Shown piece by piece: positions 38,066 through 48,309 of a stretch of 64,000 nt of DNA. Source of the DNA: Dehalococcoidia bacterium (GTDB lineage: Bacteria > Chloroflexota > Dehalococcoidia > Bin125); NCBI GenBank assembly GCA_963663895.2, contig CAXXRD010000001.1, positions 672,001 to 736,000 on the forward strand. The letters are read 5' to 3'. Under the pieces are notes generated by a model, which was not told the origin of the DNA, did not search any database, and was given only the letters and a program-made list of their open reading frames with translations. The position numbers were made by a program, and so were the translations under genes. Numbering within the stretch: position 1 is the first letter of the stretch; each line of letters opens with the position of its first letter.

Positions 38066-39277
38066 CTATCCCCCGGCAGCGGCTCGCACCGCCGCGCCCC
38101 AGCGCGACTCCAGGTCGGAGGCGCGAACGGTCTCCAGGATGTAGTCCCCGAACTGCCGCGAGGTGGCGCCCGTATCGCGACCGGTCATCTTGAGCTTCGC
38201 TTCGTATTGCCCGCAGAGGTCCAACGCTTTGCCCAAGCGCTCGCCGAGCTCTCGATAGCCAATGTGCGACAGCATCATCGCCCCGGCCCGCACCATGGAG
38301 GACGGATCCGCATACTGGGCCCGCCCCTCCCGCACCATGCGCGGGGCGGAGCCGTGAATCGCCTCGAACATCGCGTAGCGCTTGCCGATATTGGCGCTGC
38401 CGGCCGTCCCCACACCACCCTGAAATTCAGCCGCCTCATCGGTCAGGATATCGCCGTAGAGGTTGGGCAAAGCCAGGACTTGGAAATCGCGCCGGCGCTT
38501 CGGATCGACGAGCTTGGCGGTCATGATGTCGATATACCAGCCCTCCCATTCGATCCCGGGGTAGTCTTTCGCCACCTCCCGTGCGGTGTCCAAGAACGTG
38601 CCGTCGGTCGTCTTGACGACGTTCGCCTTCGTGACGATCGTCAGCCGGTCCTTGCCGTTCCTCTTGGCAAAGTCGAAGGCCGCGCGAATGATCCGGTCGC
38701 TACCGGGCTTGGTGATCATCTTGAAGTCGACGGCGAGGTCGCCGATCGTCACCCCCTGGCTGCCAACCGCGTAGAGGTCCTCCGTGTTCTCCCGGAAGAA
38801 GGTCCAGTCGATTCCCTCAGCCGGCACGCGGACGGGCCGCACATTGGCGAAGAGGTCCAGCTCCTTGCGCATCGCGACGTTCGCGCTCTCGATGTTGGGC
38901 CAGGCATCGCCCTGCTCCGGCGTGGTCGTGGGGCCTTTGAGTGTGACGTGGCACTCGCGGATCTCTTCCAAGACGGCCGCGGGAATCGCAGCTCTCTCTT
39001 CAGCGCGCCGCTCAATGGTGAGGCCGTCGATAGTGCGGAATACGACCTTGCCGGAGGAGACCTGGTCCGAGAGAAGATCCTCCAAGATGCGCTGCGCCTC
39101 GTGAGAGATCGCCGGGCCGATCCCGTCGCCTCCCAGAACCCCAATGACGATCTGATCCAGTGCCTGGTAGTCGATCCAGTCGGCTTCCTTTTTGATGCGC
39201 TCTATCCGCGCCAACTGTGCATTGACTAGCTGTCCGAAATGCTCCGTCGCTTCCTCCACGGACCTCGCTTGCAGCAC
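38066..39277 (-). CDS. Isocitrate/isopropylmalate dehydrogenase family protein
   Basis: GDGIGP, LKGPTTTP, LDLFANVRP, FRENTEDLY, TKANV, NLYGDILTD, FEAIHGSAP; start uncertain. Confidence 0.92.
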   Translation of the reverse strand: MLQARSVEEATEHFGQLVNAQLARIERIKKEADWIDYQALDQIVIGVLGGDGIGPAISHEAQRILEDLLSDQVSSGKVVFRTIDGLTIERRAEERAAIPAAVLEEIRECHVTLKGPTTTPEQGDAWPNIESANVAMRKELDLFANVRPVRVPAEGIDWTFFRENTEDLYAVGSQGVTIGDLAVDFKMITKPGSDRIIRAAFDFAKRNGKDRLTIVTKANVVKTTDGTFLDTAREVAKDYPGIEWEGWYIDIMTAKLVDPKRRRDFQVLALPNLYGDILTDEAAEFQGGVGTAGSANIGKRYAMFEAIHGSAPRMVREGRAQYADPSSMVRAGAMMLSHIGYRELGERLGKALDLCGQYEAKLKMTGRDTGATSRQFGDYILETVRASDLESRWGAAVRAAAGG

Positions 39278-39355
39278 AGCCGCCTCCGAACACTGGAATG
39301 ACTCTCGCTTGCGCGGCGGGACAGGAACCCTCGACGCGAGAGGGAGTCTAGCGGC

Positions 39356-41327
39356 CTACCGTGAGCCGTCCAGTCCCAGATGTCGCAGGAAGGCCTCGGG
39401 GTTCGGTTCACGATCCAGGAAGTCGCGGACCAGCGCATCGCCGTCCACCGACCCGCCACGCTCCAAAATGAGACGGCGATAATCCTGCCCCACGCCGGGA
39501 TCGCGCAGGCCCGTCTCCTCGAAGCGCGTGAACATGTCGTCGCCGTAGACCCGCGACCAGAGATAGCTGTAGTAGCCGGCATCGTAGCCGAAGAGATGTC
39601 CGAAGCCTGCTTGGACGTGGGTCCCGCTCGGGAAGGCGAAGCCAGTGATCGGGTGCAGCTCCTCGGCGATCCGATCCGTGTCCTTGCCTGCGCCCGCTTC
39701 GTGATAGGCGAGATCGAGCCGCGAGAAGTAGATCTGGCGCAGGGTAGCGATACCGCTGCTCAGGTTGCGCGCCTCGACCATCCGCTCAACCAGCTGGGCA
39801 GGTAGCGGATCCCCGCTGCGATGATGCCGCGAAAACGATCGCAGGACCTCCGGCGACCAGCACCAGTGCTCCAGCATCTGCGAGGGCGCTTCCACGAAGT
39901 CTCGCTCGACCTGTGTTCCCGCGAAGGAGGGATGCGGCACTTGCGTGAGGGTCTGATGCAGGATGTGCCCGAATTCGTGAAACAGCGTCACGACTTCGGA
40001 ATGCCGTAGCAGCGACGGCGTTGAAGCCGTGGGCTTCGTGAAGTTCGCGACGATCGCGCTGATCGGGCGCTGATATGTGCCCTCCGGCAACGTGCGGCCG
40101 CCGCGCAGACTGAAGGCAGCGGCGTGGCCGTACTTATCGGGGCGGGGGAAGAGGTCCAGATAGAAGTGCGCGAGGCCGCGCCCATCACGTGCGTTGACAA
40201 CCTCGAACAGCTGTACGTCCGTGTCCCACGCGTTCGCGTCGGTTTGCGCGAGAAAGCGCACGCCGAGCAACTCCTCGCAGATCCGGAAGAGCCCGCTGAG
40301 CGTGGCATCCAACGGAAAGTACTCCGCGACCTCAAACGGATCGACGTGGTACTGCTCGCGCAGGATCCGTTGCGTGTAGTAACGCCAATCCCACAGCTCG
40401 ATCGGCTGCCCACCGCCGCGCGCGCTGCGCAGCGCCCGCATGTCTTGTTCCGCCTTCGGGCGTACGCGCCGCTCTAGATCCACGAGGAACGCGCGGACCG
40501 CCGGCGCCGTCTTCGCAACGCGCAGCTCAATCACGTAGTCGGCCCAGGAAGGGTAATCGAGCGCTGTAGCGATCTCGTGCCGCAGGTCGATCGCCTCGGC
40601 CAGGACCGGCAGGTTCGTGTCCGCTGCCTTGCTGTGGTTCTTGCGGAAGAGCTCCTCACGTACGGCAGCGTCATCTGCGGAATCCAGAACCGGATGCAGC
40701 TCCGGATAATCAAGCGATACACGATAGCGCGTCCCGCCTGCCTGCTCCCTGCCGCGCAGCCCCTTGACGAACGTATCGGGCAATCCGGCGAGCTGCTCCC
40801 TGGTGAGCCAGAGACCATCGTCGTATTCGTCGATGTTGCGGCGGAAGCTGATCCCCAGCGTTACCAGTCGCTCTTTGCTCTCCTGGACGCGCTTGCGCGC
40901 CGCTGCCGGAAGCCCCAGCCCATTGCGGCGAAAGTCGCGCAGGGTGTGCTCCAGCAGCCGCGCCTCCACCCCCTCCAGCGCCTGGGCCTGCGCTGTCCGC
41001 GAGAACGCCAGCACCGATCGGTAGAGCTCCTCGCGGAACCCGAGCGCGCTGCCGTACTGGTCCAGGCGCTCTTCTTGCTCCCGTGCCGTGTCACGCAAGG
41101 CCGCGTCGCTTGCCACTTGCGCCAAGAAGGCGTAGCGGCCGCCAGCCTGGCGCAGCAGATCCGCGATCTCCTCCATGGGAAGGAGGGTGTTGGCGAAAGT
41201 CCGTCGGGCCGTCCGGGAGGGCAGCAATCTCCGCGACGAGCGCCTCCGCCCGCCGCACAGCCGCGTCACAGCCATCACGGATCGTCTCCGGCGTAACCGT
41301 GGAGTAGTTGAACAGTGCCTCGGTCAT
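39356..41327 (-). pseudogene. M3-family metallopeptidase (thimet oligopeptidase-like) with a frameshift near 41205
   Basis: N-terminal MTEALFNYSTVTPETIRDGCDAAVRRAEALVAEIAALPD is in one frame; RTFANTLLP...FYLDLFPR..K, LFHEFGH, DFVEAPSQMLE, GYYSYLWS is in another. Confidence 0.8.
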
Positions 41328-41339
41328 GCAGCCCGCGCC

Positions 41340-42143
41340 CTACCGCTGAAGGTCGTACGCCTCCCAAGAGTCGGCGCCCGCATCGTAACGATCTTGGATC
41401 TTTTGCATGATCTCAATGGTGCGCGGCCGCATCATCGAGTTGAAAATATAGTTCTCGATGCGGCAGGCGTCCTCGAAGTGCATGTCCCAAGCCTGCAGCA
41501 GGCCACGCTTACAGGCCTGCAGCGACCAGGGCGGCCGGGTCGCGATCAGTGCGCCCCAGGCGATCGCGTCCGCGCGCAGATCGTCGTCGTCGAAGACCTT
41601 GTTCACCAAGCCGAGGGTGTGCAGCTCCTCGGCGGTCATCGGCTCACCGGCCAGCAAGATCTCCATCGCCTTGGACTGCCCCACGAGCCGGGAGAGGCGG
41701 ACCGTGCCGCCACCTCCCGGGATCACCCCGAGAATGCTCTCAACCTGACAATAGGTTGCGCTCCGCCCCGCCACGCGCAGATTACAGGCCCAGCTCAACT
41801 CAGCGCCGCCGCCCCAGGCCTGCGCGTGATTCACCGAGATCGAGATGAGCGGTCCACGCTCCAACTCGTTCGTCAGGCGACGCCAGAGGCGCGGATCGCC
41901 GCTCGGCTTGCCGCCCTCATAGGCGTTCAAGACGTCCGGCAGCCAGGCGTGGGCCATGAAGTAACCGGGCACGTCCGAGGCGAGCAGCAGCACGCGCGCG
42001 CCAGCGGCCTTGACCTCCTCGACCCCTTCTTCGACCCGCGCCAGCAGCTCATACGAGCCGAAGTTCTTCGGCGGATCATCCATCAACACCATGCCTACGC
42101 CATCAGCGGGGAACGACACGTGGGCAGCAGCTGACACGGCCAA
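41340..42143 (-). CDS. Enoyl-CoA hydratase/isomerase family protein
   Basis: AWGGGAEL, QVESILGVIPGGGGT, RLVGQSKA, LGLVNKV. Confidence 0.9.
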   Translation of the reverse strand: MAVSAAAHVSFPADGVGMVLMDDPPKNFGSYELLARVEEGVEEVKAAGARVLLLASDVPGYFMAHAWLPDVLNAYEGGKPSGDPRLWRRLTNELERGPLISISVNHAQAWGGGAELSWACNLRVAGRSATYCQVESILGVIPGGGGTVRLSRLVGQSKAMEILLAGEPMTAEELHTLGLVNKVFDDDDLRADAIAWGALIATRPPWSLQACKRGLLQAWDMHFEDACRIENYIFNSMMRPRTIEIMQKIQDRYDAGADSWEAYDLQR

Positions 42144-42241
42144 GTCCTTTCATTCAGGCGCCGCGCGCACCGGTCGCCACGCGGGCTTCCAGAGGCTAAC
42201 AGCGCCTCCAACAGCGCGGCAATCGGCGCGAGGATGGCGAA

Positions 42242-45200
42242 TCAACCGCGATCGGGCAGCGGCAAGGTCTCGACTTCCGGCGCGACGCGCTGGAACAAAT
42301 CCACCGTCGAAGGGTGACAGGTGAACACCAGCACTTGGTTGGAGCGCGCCAGCTGGCGCAGCGCACCCGCAGCCCGCTCGGCTCGCTCGGGATCGAAGTT
42401 CACCAGGATATCGTCGACGATCACCGGTAGCCGCGCCGAGTGGCTGGCGAACTCTTCGATCAATCCGAAGCGCAGCGACAGATAGAGTTGCTCCTGCGTC
42501 CCCCGGCTCAGCTCGGCGGGAGTCTTGCGATCGCCGTCGGCTTGGATGATCTCGATCTGCTGTTGGTCCAAGGGCGCGTTGAGCCGCGGATAGCGTCCCC
42601 CCGTAATCCGTCCAAAGTACTCCTCCGCTCGCCGCACCACTTCCGGCTGACGCTCCTCTTCATAGCGACGGCGCGCCTGCTCCAGGAGCGCCTTGGCAAG
42701 CGTGAGCGTCGCCCATTCGCGCGCCTGCGCGGCCAGCTCCGTCTGCAGCGCCTCGCGATCCTGGCGCAACTCGGCCGCACTGATGTCGTGCTCCAGAGTT
42801 GTGAGCTGCTGCTGTAGCTCGCCCAGACGGGCGATGAGCCGGTCGCGGCGTTCCTCTTGATCGGCGAGACGATCCGCCGTGCGCTGCCTGTTCCGCTGCA
42901 GACTGTCGAGGTCGGATGCTTCCAGCGTGGCCCGGAATTCCTCGAACGCTTGGCCGGGGCCGCTTCGGCGCACCAGCCCGGCGATGCACTCCCGAGCTTG
43001 CGGCTCCAGCTCCGCGCGGCGCGCTTGCTGCGCGGCCAGACGCCGGTACTCGACCGGGTCGTCCACGCCCGCCGAGGCAAGGAGGTGCTGGAGCGCCTCT
43101 TCTGCGTGCTTCTGTTCGGCGGTCACATCCGCGAGGCGACGGCGAGCGACCTTCACCTGTGCGGCCAAGCGCTCCTTCTCTTCCTTCGCCTCGCGACTTG
43201 CGTCGAACGCGGCGATCAGCGCATCGACTGCGGGTCCGAGCTGCGCCGGCGTCTGGTAGCGCGCCTCCCCGCGCTGTTCGAGCAGCGGCTCGGCCAGGCC
43301 GCAGAACTCCTCCACGTCATGCTCGATCGCGGCCAAGCGCCGCCGACGGTCGGCAAGCTGCCGCAGCTTGGCACGAACCGTGTCGAGCCGCCCGAACAGT
43401 TCGGTCACCTCGTCCGGCTGCATCGTCTCCGCCAGCTCCCGTGAATCCAGCCACAGGATCCAGGCACGCCGAGCCGCCTCAGCGGAGGCATCCGCCTCCT
43501 TCGCAGCCGTCCGTGCCCGTTCCACGTCCTGCTGCGCCAACCGCACCTGCCGCTCGACCGCGCGGAGATCACCCTCATGCTCCAGCCGCATGTCGAGCAC
43601 CTTCTGCGCCGCGTCGAGCCCTTCTTTCGCCTCGGCGACGTCGCTCTCCGACGCCGCCTCTCCCAACGCCGCCTCCGCCGCGCGCTCCGGCAAACGCGCT
43701 TCGATCGCCTGTACTGCCTGCGCCGCCGCCTCCGCTCGTTCCTTCTGGGCGCGGATCGCCTTGTCGAACTGCTTCCAGGCCAGCGGCACGGGAGCCTTGC
43801 GCGCCCGCAGCGCCAGGAAGATCGCCGTCGCCGCGAGCAAGCCCGCCGCGACGAGGCCGAAAATCAAGCCGGTCCCGCCCGCCAGGACGCCGCCTGCGAG
43901 GGCAAGCGTCCCGACCGCGGCCGTCGCCCCAGCCCCGATCCACTCCGTTCGCTGCCAGAAGGGCAGCGGCTGCGCTTCCGGCCGCTGCGTCTGCAACTCA
44001 CCGAGGCGCGCGTGCTCCTGATCGCGAAGCGTCCGCGCCGCATCCAGGCTCACCAACTCGTCACGAAGGCGGTTCACCGCAGCGCGACGGGCTCCCAGCG
44101 TCTCTGCGTCCAGGATCGGGTCGGGGATCTCGTGCAGCGCCTCTCGTACCGCGTCCAGGCGGGCCGACTCGTCGCGGAGACGCCGGTCCGCGCTCGCACA
44201 AGCGATCTCGGCATCCCGCTGCGACTGCAGCGCGCCATTGTAGGCCGCGCCGACCTCCGCCAGCTCCTTGCGCACGGGTGCCGATGTGTCGAACCGCTCG
44301 ACGCGATCGGCGTTCCAAGCGCGTCCCAAGGCGCCCACATCCTGCGCCACTTCCTGCTCAAGGCTCTGCCGTTCCGCTCGACCCGCCGGCAATTCGTCCA
44401 GAGCGGTAGTGAAAGAGTCCCGCTTGCGGCGGAGCGTCTCGATCTCTGCCGCAGTCTCCAGGAGCGCCGCATCGAACTTGATCGCCGCAGCAGCGCTGCG
44501 GCAACGCGCCAGCTCCGTCCGTTCTCTCTCAAACCGTGCGGAGACCTCCGCCAAGCTCGCCTCGGCATTCTCCAAGCGAGTCGTCGCGTCGCTGGGAAAC
44601 TCGGGTCGCGGGGCGATGCGTTCCAGCTCGCGCTCCACCTCCCGCAGAGTCACCCAGTCCGACCAGGCGTCGTGGAGCCGCACCGCGCGGACACTCTCGT
44701 GTTGCGCGCGCGTGCGCGCGGCATCCGCTTTCGCCAGCGCCCGTTCGGCCGTTTCGCGCTCCGCCCGCAGCTTGCCGTACTGGCCCGCCGCTGCTGCTGA
44801 CGCCGCCAGCTTTTCCTCCACCGAGGCCAGCCCGGCCAGCACCTGCGCGACGGGCTGCTTTCTTCCGTTCGGCCGGTAGATCTTCAGACAGGATGCATCA
44901 AACTGGGCCAGCGCCTGCGTCAATCCGGCCGCGCCCACTCCCGCGCTGTAAATGCTGTCCGTTACGCCAGCCTCCTGCAGCGCCGTGACATCGCGCAACT
45001 GGTCCAAGTCGAAGGCGAACACGTTCTTAAACAGGAGCGCCGAGGCATGTCCAAGCATGCGCTGAAGCGTTGCCGGATCCACGCGCCGACCGCGCTCGGC
45101 GCTGACGGTCAGCGTGCCGCTGCCGCGTCCGGCGAACCGCTCGATCACGTAGGCGCGTTCCTCATCGTCCAGCACGTGCAAGCGCCCGCCGTGCCGTCCG

Positions 45201-45406
45201 CCTGCGAGTGGCGGGAAGCGGCGGTCGCGCTCGCGCACGGGGAAGCCGAAAAGCATGGTGCGGATGAACTCGAGCAGCGTCGACTTGCCCGCCTCGTTGG
45301 GCCCGTGAATCACCGTCAGCCGACCCGAGAGATCCGCCCCGTCGGCCGGGAGATCGACGTCACCGAAATGGCCAAAGCCCGTGAGGTGCAGATGCCGGAG
45401 CTTCAT
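42242..45406 (-). CDS. YhaN-like Rad50/SMC-family ATPase with long coiled coils and central hydrophobic hairpin
   Basis: GFGHF, GPNEAGKST (Walker A), LSRGTQEQLYLSLR (signature), VIVDDILVNFD (Walker B/D-loop), FTCH. Confidence 0.9.
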   Translation of the reverse strand: MKLRHLHLTGFGHFGDVDLPADGADLSGRLTVIHGPNEAGKSTLLEFIRTMLFGFPVRERDRRFPPLAGGRHGGRLHVLDDEERAYVIERFAGRGSGTLTVSAERGRRVDPATLQRMLGHASALLFKNVFAFDLDQLRDVTALQEAGVTDSIYSAGVGAAGLTQALAQFDASCLKIYRPNGRKQPVAQVLAGLASVEEKLAASAAAAGQYGKLRAERETAERALAKADAARTRAQHESVRAVRLHDAWSDWVTLREVERELERIAPRPEFPSDATTRLENAEASLAEVSARFERERTELARCRSAAAAIKFDAALLETAAEIETLRRKRDSFTTALDELPAGRAERQSLEQEVAQDVGALGRAWNADRVERFDTSAPVRKELAEVGAAYNGALQSQRDAEIACASADRRLRDESARLDAVREALHEIPDPILDAETLGARRAAVNRLRDELVSLDAARTLRDQEHARLGELQTQRPEAQPLPFWQRTEWIGAGATAAVGTLALAGGVLAGGTGLIFGLVAAGLLAATAIFLALRARKAPVPLAWKQFDKAIRAQKERAEAAAQAVQAIEARLPERAAEAALGEAASESDVAEAKEGLDAAQKVLDMRLEHEGDLRAVERQVRLAQQDVERARTAAKEADASAEAARRAWILWLDSRELAETMQPDEVTELFGRLDTVRAKLRQLADRRRRLAAIEHDVEEFCGLAEPLLEQRGEARYQTPAQLGPAVDALIAAFDASREAKEEKERLAAQVKVARRRLADVTAEQKHAEEALQHLLASAGVDDPVEYRRLAAQQARRAELEPQARECIAGLVRRSGPGQAFEEFRATLEASDLDSLQRNRQRTADRLADQEERRDRLIARLGELQQQLTTLEHDISAAELRQDREALQTELAAQAREWATLTLAKALLEQARRRYEEERQPEVVRRAEEYFGRITGGRYPRLNAPLDQQQIEIIQADGDRKTPAELSRGTQEQLYLSLRFGLIEEFASHSARLPVIVDDILVNFDPERAERAAGALRQLARSNQVLVFTCHPSTVDLFQRVAPEVETLPLPDRG

Positions 45407-46695
45407 GGCGCCGAACGCTCCGTCGCTCCACTGCCGTCCTCCGCCGCCAACAATGCTTCCACGCAGCGCTCCTCGGCGCGATCCACAAGCTGCAGCAGCT
45501 CCGCGTCGCTCACCGGATCCTGTCCCAAGTAGCGGCGGGGCTTGCCCTGCTCATAGAGCGACGCCAGCGGCTCCCGGAGCCACGCGGGCGGGGTCTCCTC
45601 TGCTTGGATCTCATCCACCAAGCGCAGGATGTCCGCTAGAAAATCCTGTGCCTGCCTGCGCTCCGCGCGGTCGAACGGCGGCGCCGTTTCCACCTCCACG
45701 GCGGCGCACCAGACAAACGGGTCGCGGCCGCGCAGCGAGTCGTTCAGCCGTGCGCGCAAGTCCTCAGCCGTGTCGCCCCGTCGCAGCGGGTAGTGCAGCG
45801 CGCCCCGACCGACCAGCCGCACAACGACGACCGCGTGCCGGTCCGCCGTAGCGATCCCATCGAGGCGCTCGTCCAAGCCCTCCAGTAGCTGTTGCTCGCC
45901 GGAGAGTTCGGCGATGTTGAGGACGATCGTCTCCCAACGCACGACATCGACATCACGAAACTGCACCTGCGCCTGCCGATCGTTGCCAATATCGACCAAG
46001 GCAACGCCCCGCGCGCCGCTCTCCCGGCGATGACGGCCCTGCGGGTTGCCCGGGTAGACCACGACGGGATCGTGCTCGCGCAGCACACGGCGCGTATGCA
46101 CATGACCGAGTGCCCAGTAGTCCATGCCGGATCGTTCCAGATCTTCGACGGTGCAGGGCGCGTAGGGCGCGTGCCCGCTATCGCTCCCGACGTTGGCGTG
46201 CAGCAGGCCGATCGCGTACAGGTGGCGGGCGTCGCGCTGAAAGCGGCGCGCCAGGTTCTCGTACACGTCTTGCTGCGGGAAGCTGACGCCGTAGACCACG
46301 ACGGCATCCGGTTCGTTGGGATCGAGCGGCACCGCCTCCACTTCGGACCCAAAGCGCTGGCAGCCTTCGGGCATGTCGATCTGCGCCTCCCAGCCGTCCA
46401 GGGGGTCGTGATTGCCATGGCACACGAAGGAGCGAATGCCAGCGTCCGCGAGGCGCTGTAAGCCGTCACGGAAGCGCAGCTGGGCGCGCAAGCTGCGGTC
46501 GCGTGCGTCGTAGATGTCGCCGGCGACGAGCAGCGCGTCGACTTTCTCCGCCAAGCAAAGGTCGATGATCTTGTCGTAGGCCACGAAAGTGGCCTCACGC
46601 AGTTCGGCCCCAATCGCAGGCTCCACTTCACGCAAGCCGCGGAAAGGGCTGTCGAGGTGCAGATCGGCGGCATGGACGAAGCGGACGATAGCCAT
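45403..46695 (-). CDS. YhaO-like Mre11/SbcD metallophosphoesterase nuclease
   Basis: HAADLHLD, AGDIYD, GNHD, LLHAN, ALGHVH, YPGNPQGR; ATGA overlap with the ATPase. Confidence 0.93.
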   Translation of the reverse strand: MAIVRFVHAADLHLDSPFRGLREVEPAIGAELREATFVAYDKIIDLCLAEKVDALLVAGDIYDARDRSLRAQLRFRDGLQRLADAGIRSFVCHGNHDPLDGWEAQIDMPEGCQRFGSEVEAVPLDPNEPDAVVVYGVSFPQQDVYENLARRFQRDARHLYAIGLLHANVGSDSGHAPYAPCTVEDLERSGMDYWALGHVHTRRVLREHDPVVVYPGNPQGRHRRESGARGVALVDIGNDRQAQVQFRDVDVVRWETIVLNIAELSGEQQLLEGLDERLDGIATADRHAVVVVRLVGRGALHYPLRRGDTAEDLRARLNDSLRGRDPFVWCAAVEVETAPPFDRAERRQAQDFLADILRLVDEIQAEETPPAWLREPLASLYEQGKPRRYLGQDPVSDAELLQLVDRAEERCVEALLAAEDGSGATERSAP

Positions 46696-46814
46696 TGTCC
46701 GTCAGTCACCGCGGACGACGAGGCCGCCCGCATCCCGCCCAGCCATATCCAATATAGGGGGACCGTCCGTCTCAGCGAAACCTGCCCTGCCGTTTTTTGG
46801 AGAGACCGCGCGCA

Positions 46815-46845
46815 CAGTGCCTAGTAGAGAGCAGTGCCTAGTAGA
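46815..46845 (+). repeat. Tandem 14-bp direct repeat in the yhaO/amidase divergent region
   Basis: CAGTGCCTAGTAGA at 46815-46828 and 46832-46845; the second copy runs into TAGAAT (-10-like). Confidence 0.8.
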
Positions 46846-46870
46846 ATCGCGTTCGCGCCGCAGGAGGACA

Positions 46871-48280
46871 GTGACCGACCTCGATTTTGCCAGCGCCGGA
46901 GAACTCAGCGGCCTCATCCGCAGGCGAGCGATCTCGCCCACCGAGCTCCTCGACCACGCGCTTGATCGGATCGCGGCGCTCAATCCCACCCTCAACGCCT
47001 TCGTCGCCCTCGACGCCGAGGCGGCCCGCGCCGAGGCGGCCCGCCAAACGGAGCGGTTGGCCCGCAGCGAGGAATTGGGTCCCTTGGGCGGTCTCCCACT
47101 CGGGGTCAAGGATTTAGAGAATGCCGCCGGCTTCCCCACGACCTGCGGATCACGGGTGCTCAAAGATCACTACCCCCAAGGGGACGACGTGCACGTCGCG
47201 CGGCTGCGCGCGGCCGGCGCGATCGTCGTCGGCAAGACCAACACGCCCGAGTTCGGCTACGCCGCCTTCTCGAGCAACGACCTCTTCGGGGCATCGCGCA
47301 ATCCCTGGAACCCGGAGCGCACACCCGGCGGCTCCAGCGGGGGGTCGGCGGCAGCGCTCGCGGGCGGCCTCGTGCCTCTCGCCACCGCTTCCGACGGCGG
47401 TGGATCGATCCGTATTCCCGCGGCCTACACGGGACTCTACGGACTCAAGACATCGTTTGGCCGGGTGCCCATCGGGCCGCGCGCGATGCAGCCGTGGATG
47501 AACATCAGCGTCTATGGGCCGCTCACCCGCTCGGTCCGCGATGCCGCGCTCTACCTGGATCAGGTCGCCGGGCCGCACGGCTCCGATCCCATGTCGTTGC
47601 CGCCGCCGGCAGAGCCGTACATGAAGGCGCTCGACCGGCCGCTACCCCAGCTGCGTATCGCCTACAACCGCACGCTCGGTCAGGCGGATGTCCCAGCGGA
47701 CATCATGCGCGAAGTGGAGGCCAGCGTGCAGGTCTTTCGCGACCTTGGACACACCGTCATCGATAACGACGACACCATCCCACAGACGGCGGAGCACTGG
47801 ATCCGCATGTTCGGTTTCCAGTCGCTGGCACTTCTATGGGATGAGTACGGCGACCGTCATCATGAGTTCACCGCCGACTTCGTCCGCTGCCTGGACGCCT
47901 CCTTGGACGTGAACGCTACGGATTTCCGAGCGTTCTACCAGGCACGCGGGCAGATCCAACGCTGGACCTGGGAGCTCTTCGAGCAGTATGACTTGCTGCT
48001 GACGCCCACGCTTGCTTCGGAGGCGTTCGTCGCCGAGGGGCCGACGCCCCTACAGAAGGACGGTGCCCCGCACGACCCGATCGTCTTCACCTACCCGTTC
48101 AACTTCACCGGCCATCCCGCCGCTTCGGTGCGGGCGGGGTTCAGCGATGCGGGCTTGCCTTGCGGACTGCAAATCGTCGGACCGCGGCATCGCGACGATC
48201 TCGTGCTCCAGGCCTCGTACGCGTACGAGCGGGCGCGGCCCTGGCACGGTCGTTGGCCCTCGTTGTCCGAGCGGGACTAG
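46871..48280 (+). CDS. Amidase-signature family enzyme
   Basis: [47 protein letters not shown]; AGGAGG SD. Confidence 0.95.
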   Translation: MTDLDFASAGELSGLIRRRAISPTELLDHALDRIAALNPTLNAFVALDAEAARAEAARQTERLARSEELGPLGGLPLGVKDLENAAGFPTTCGSRVLKDHYPQGDDVHVARLRAAGAIVVGKTNTPEFGYAAFSSNDLFGASRNPWNPERTPGGSSGGSAAALAGGLVPLATASDGGGSIRIPAAYTGLYGLKTSFGRVPIGPRAMQPWMNISVYGPLTRSVRDAALYLDQVAGPHGSDPMSLPPPAEPYMKALDRPLPQLRIAYNRTLGQADVPADIMREVEASVQVFRDLGHTVIDNDDTIPQTAEHWIRMFGFQSLALLWDEYGDRHHEFTADFVRCLDASLDVNATDFRAFYQARGQIQRWTWELFEQYDLLLTPTLASEAFVAEGPTPLQKDGAPHDPIVFTYPFNFTGHPAASVRAGFSDAGLPCGLQIVGPRHRDDLVLQASYAYERARPWHGRWPSLSERD

Positions 48281-48309
48281 CGGCTCGCAGCGATATACTC
48301 GATTCCACC

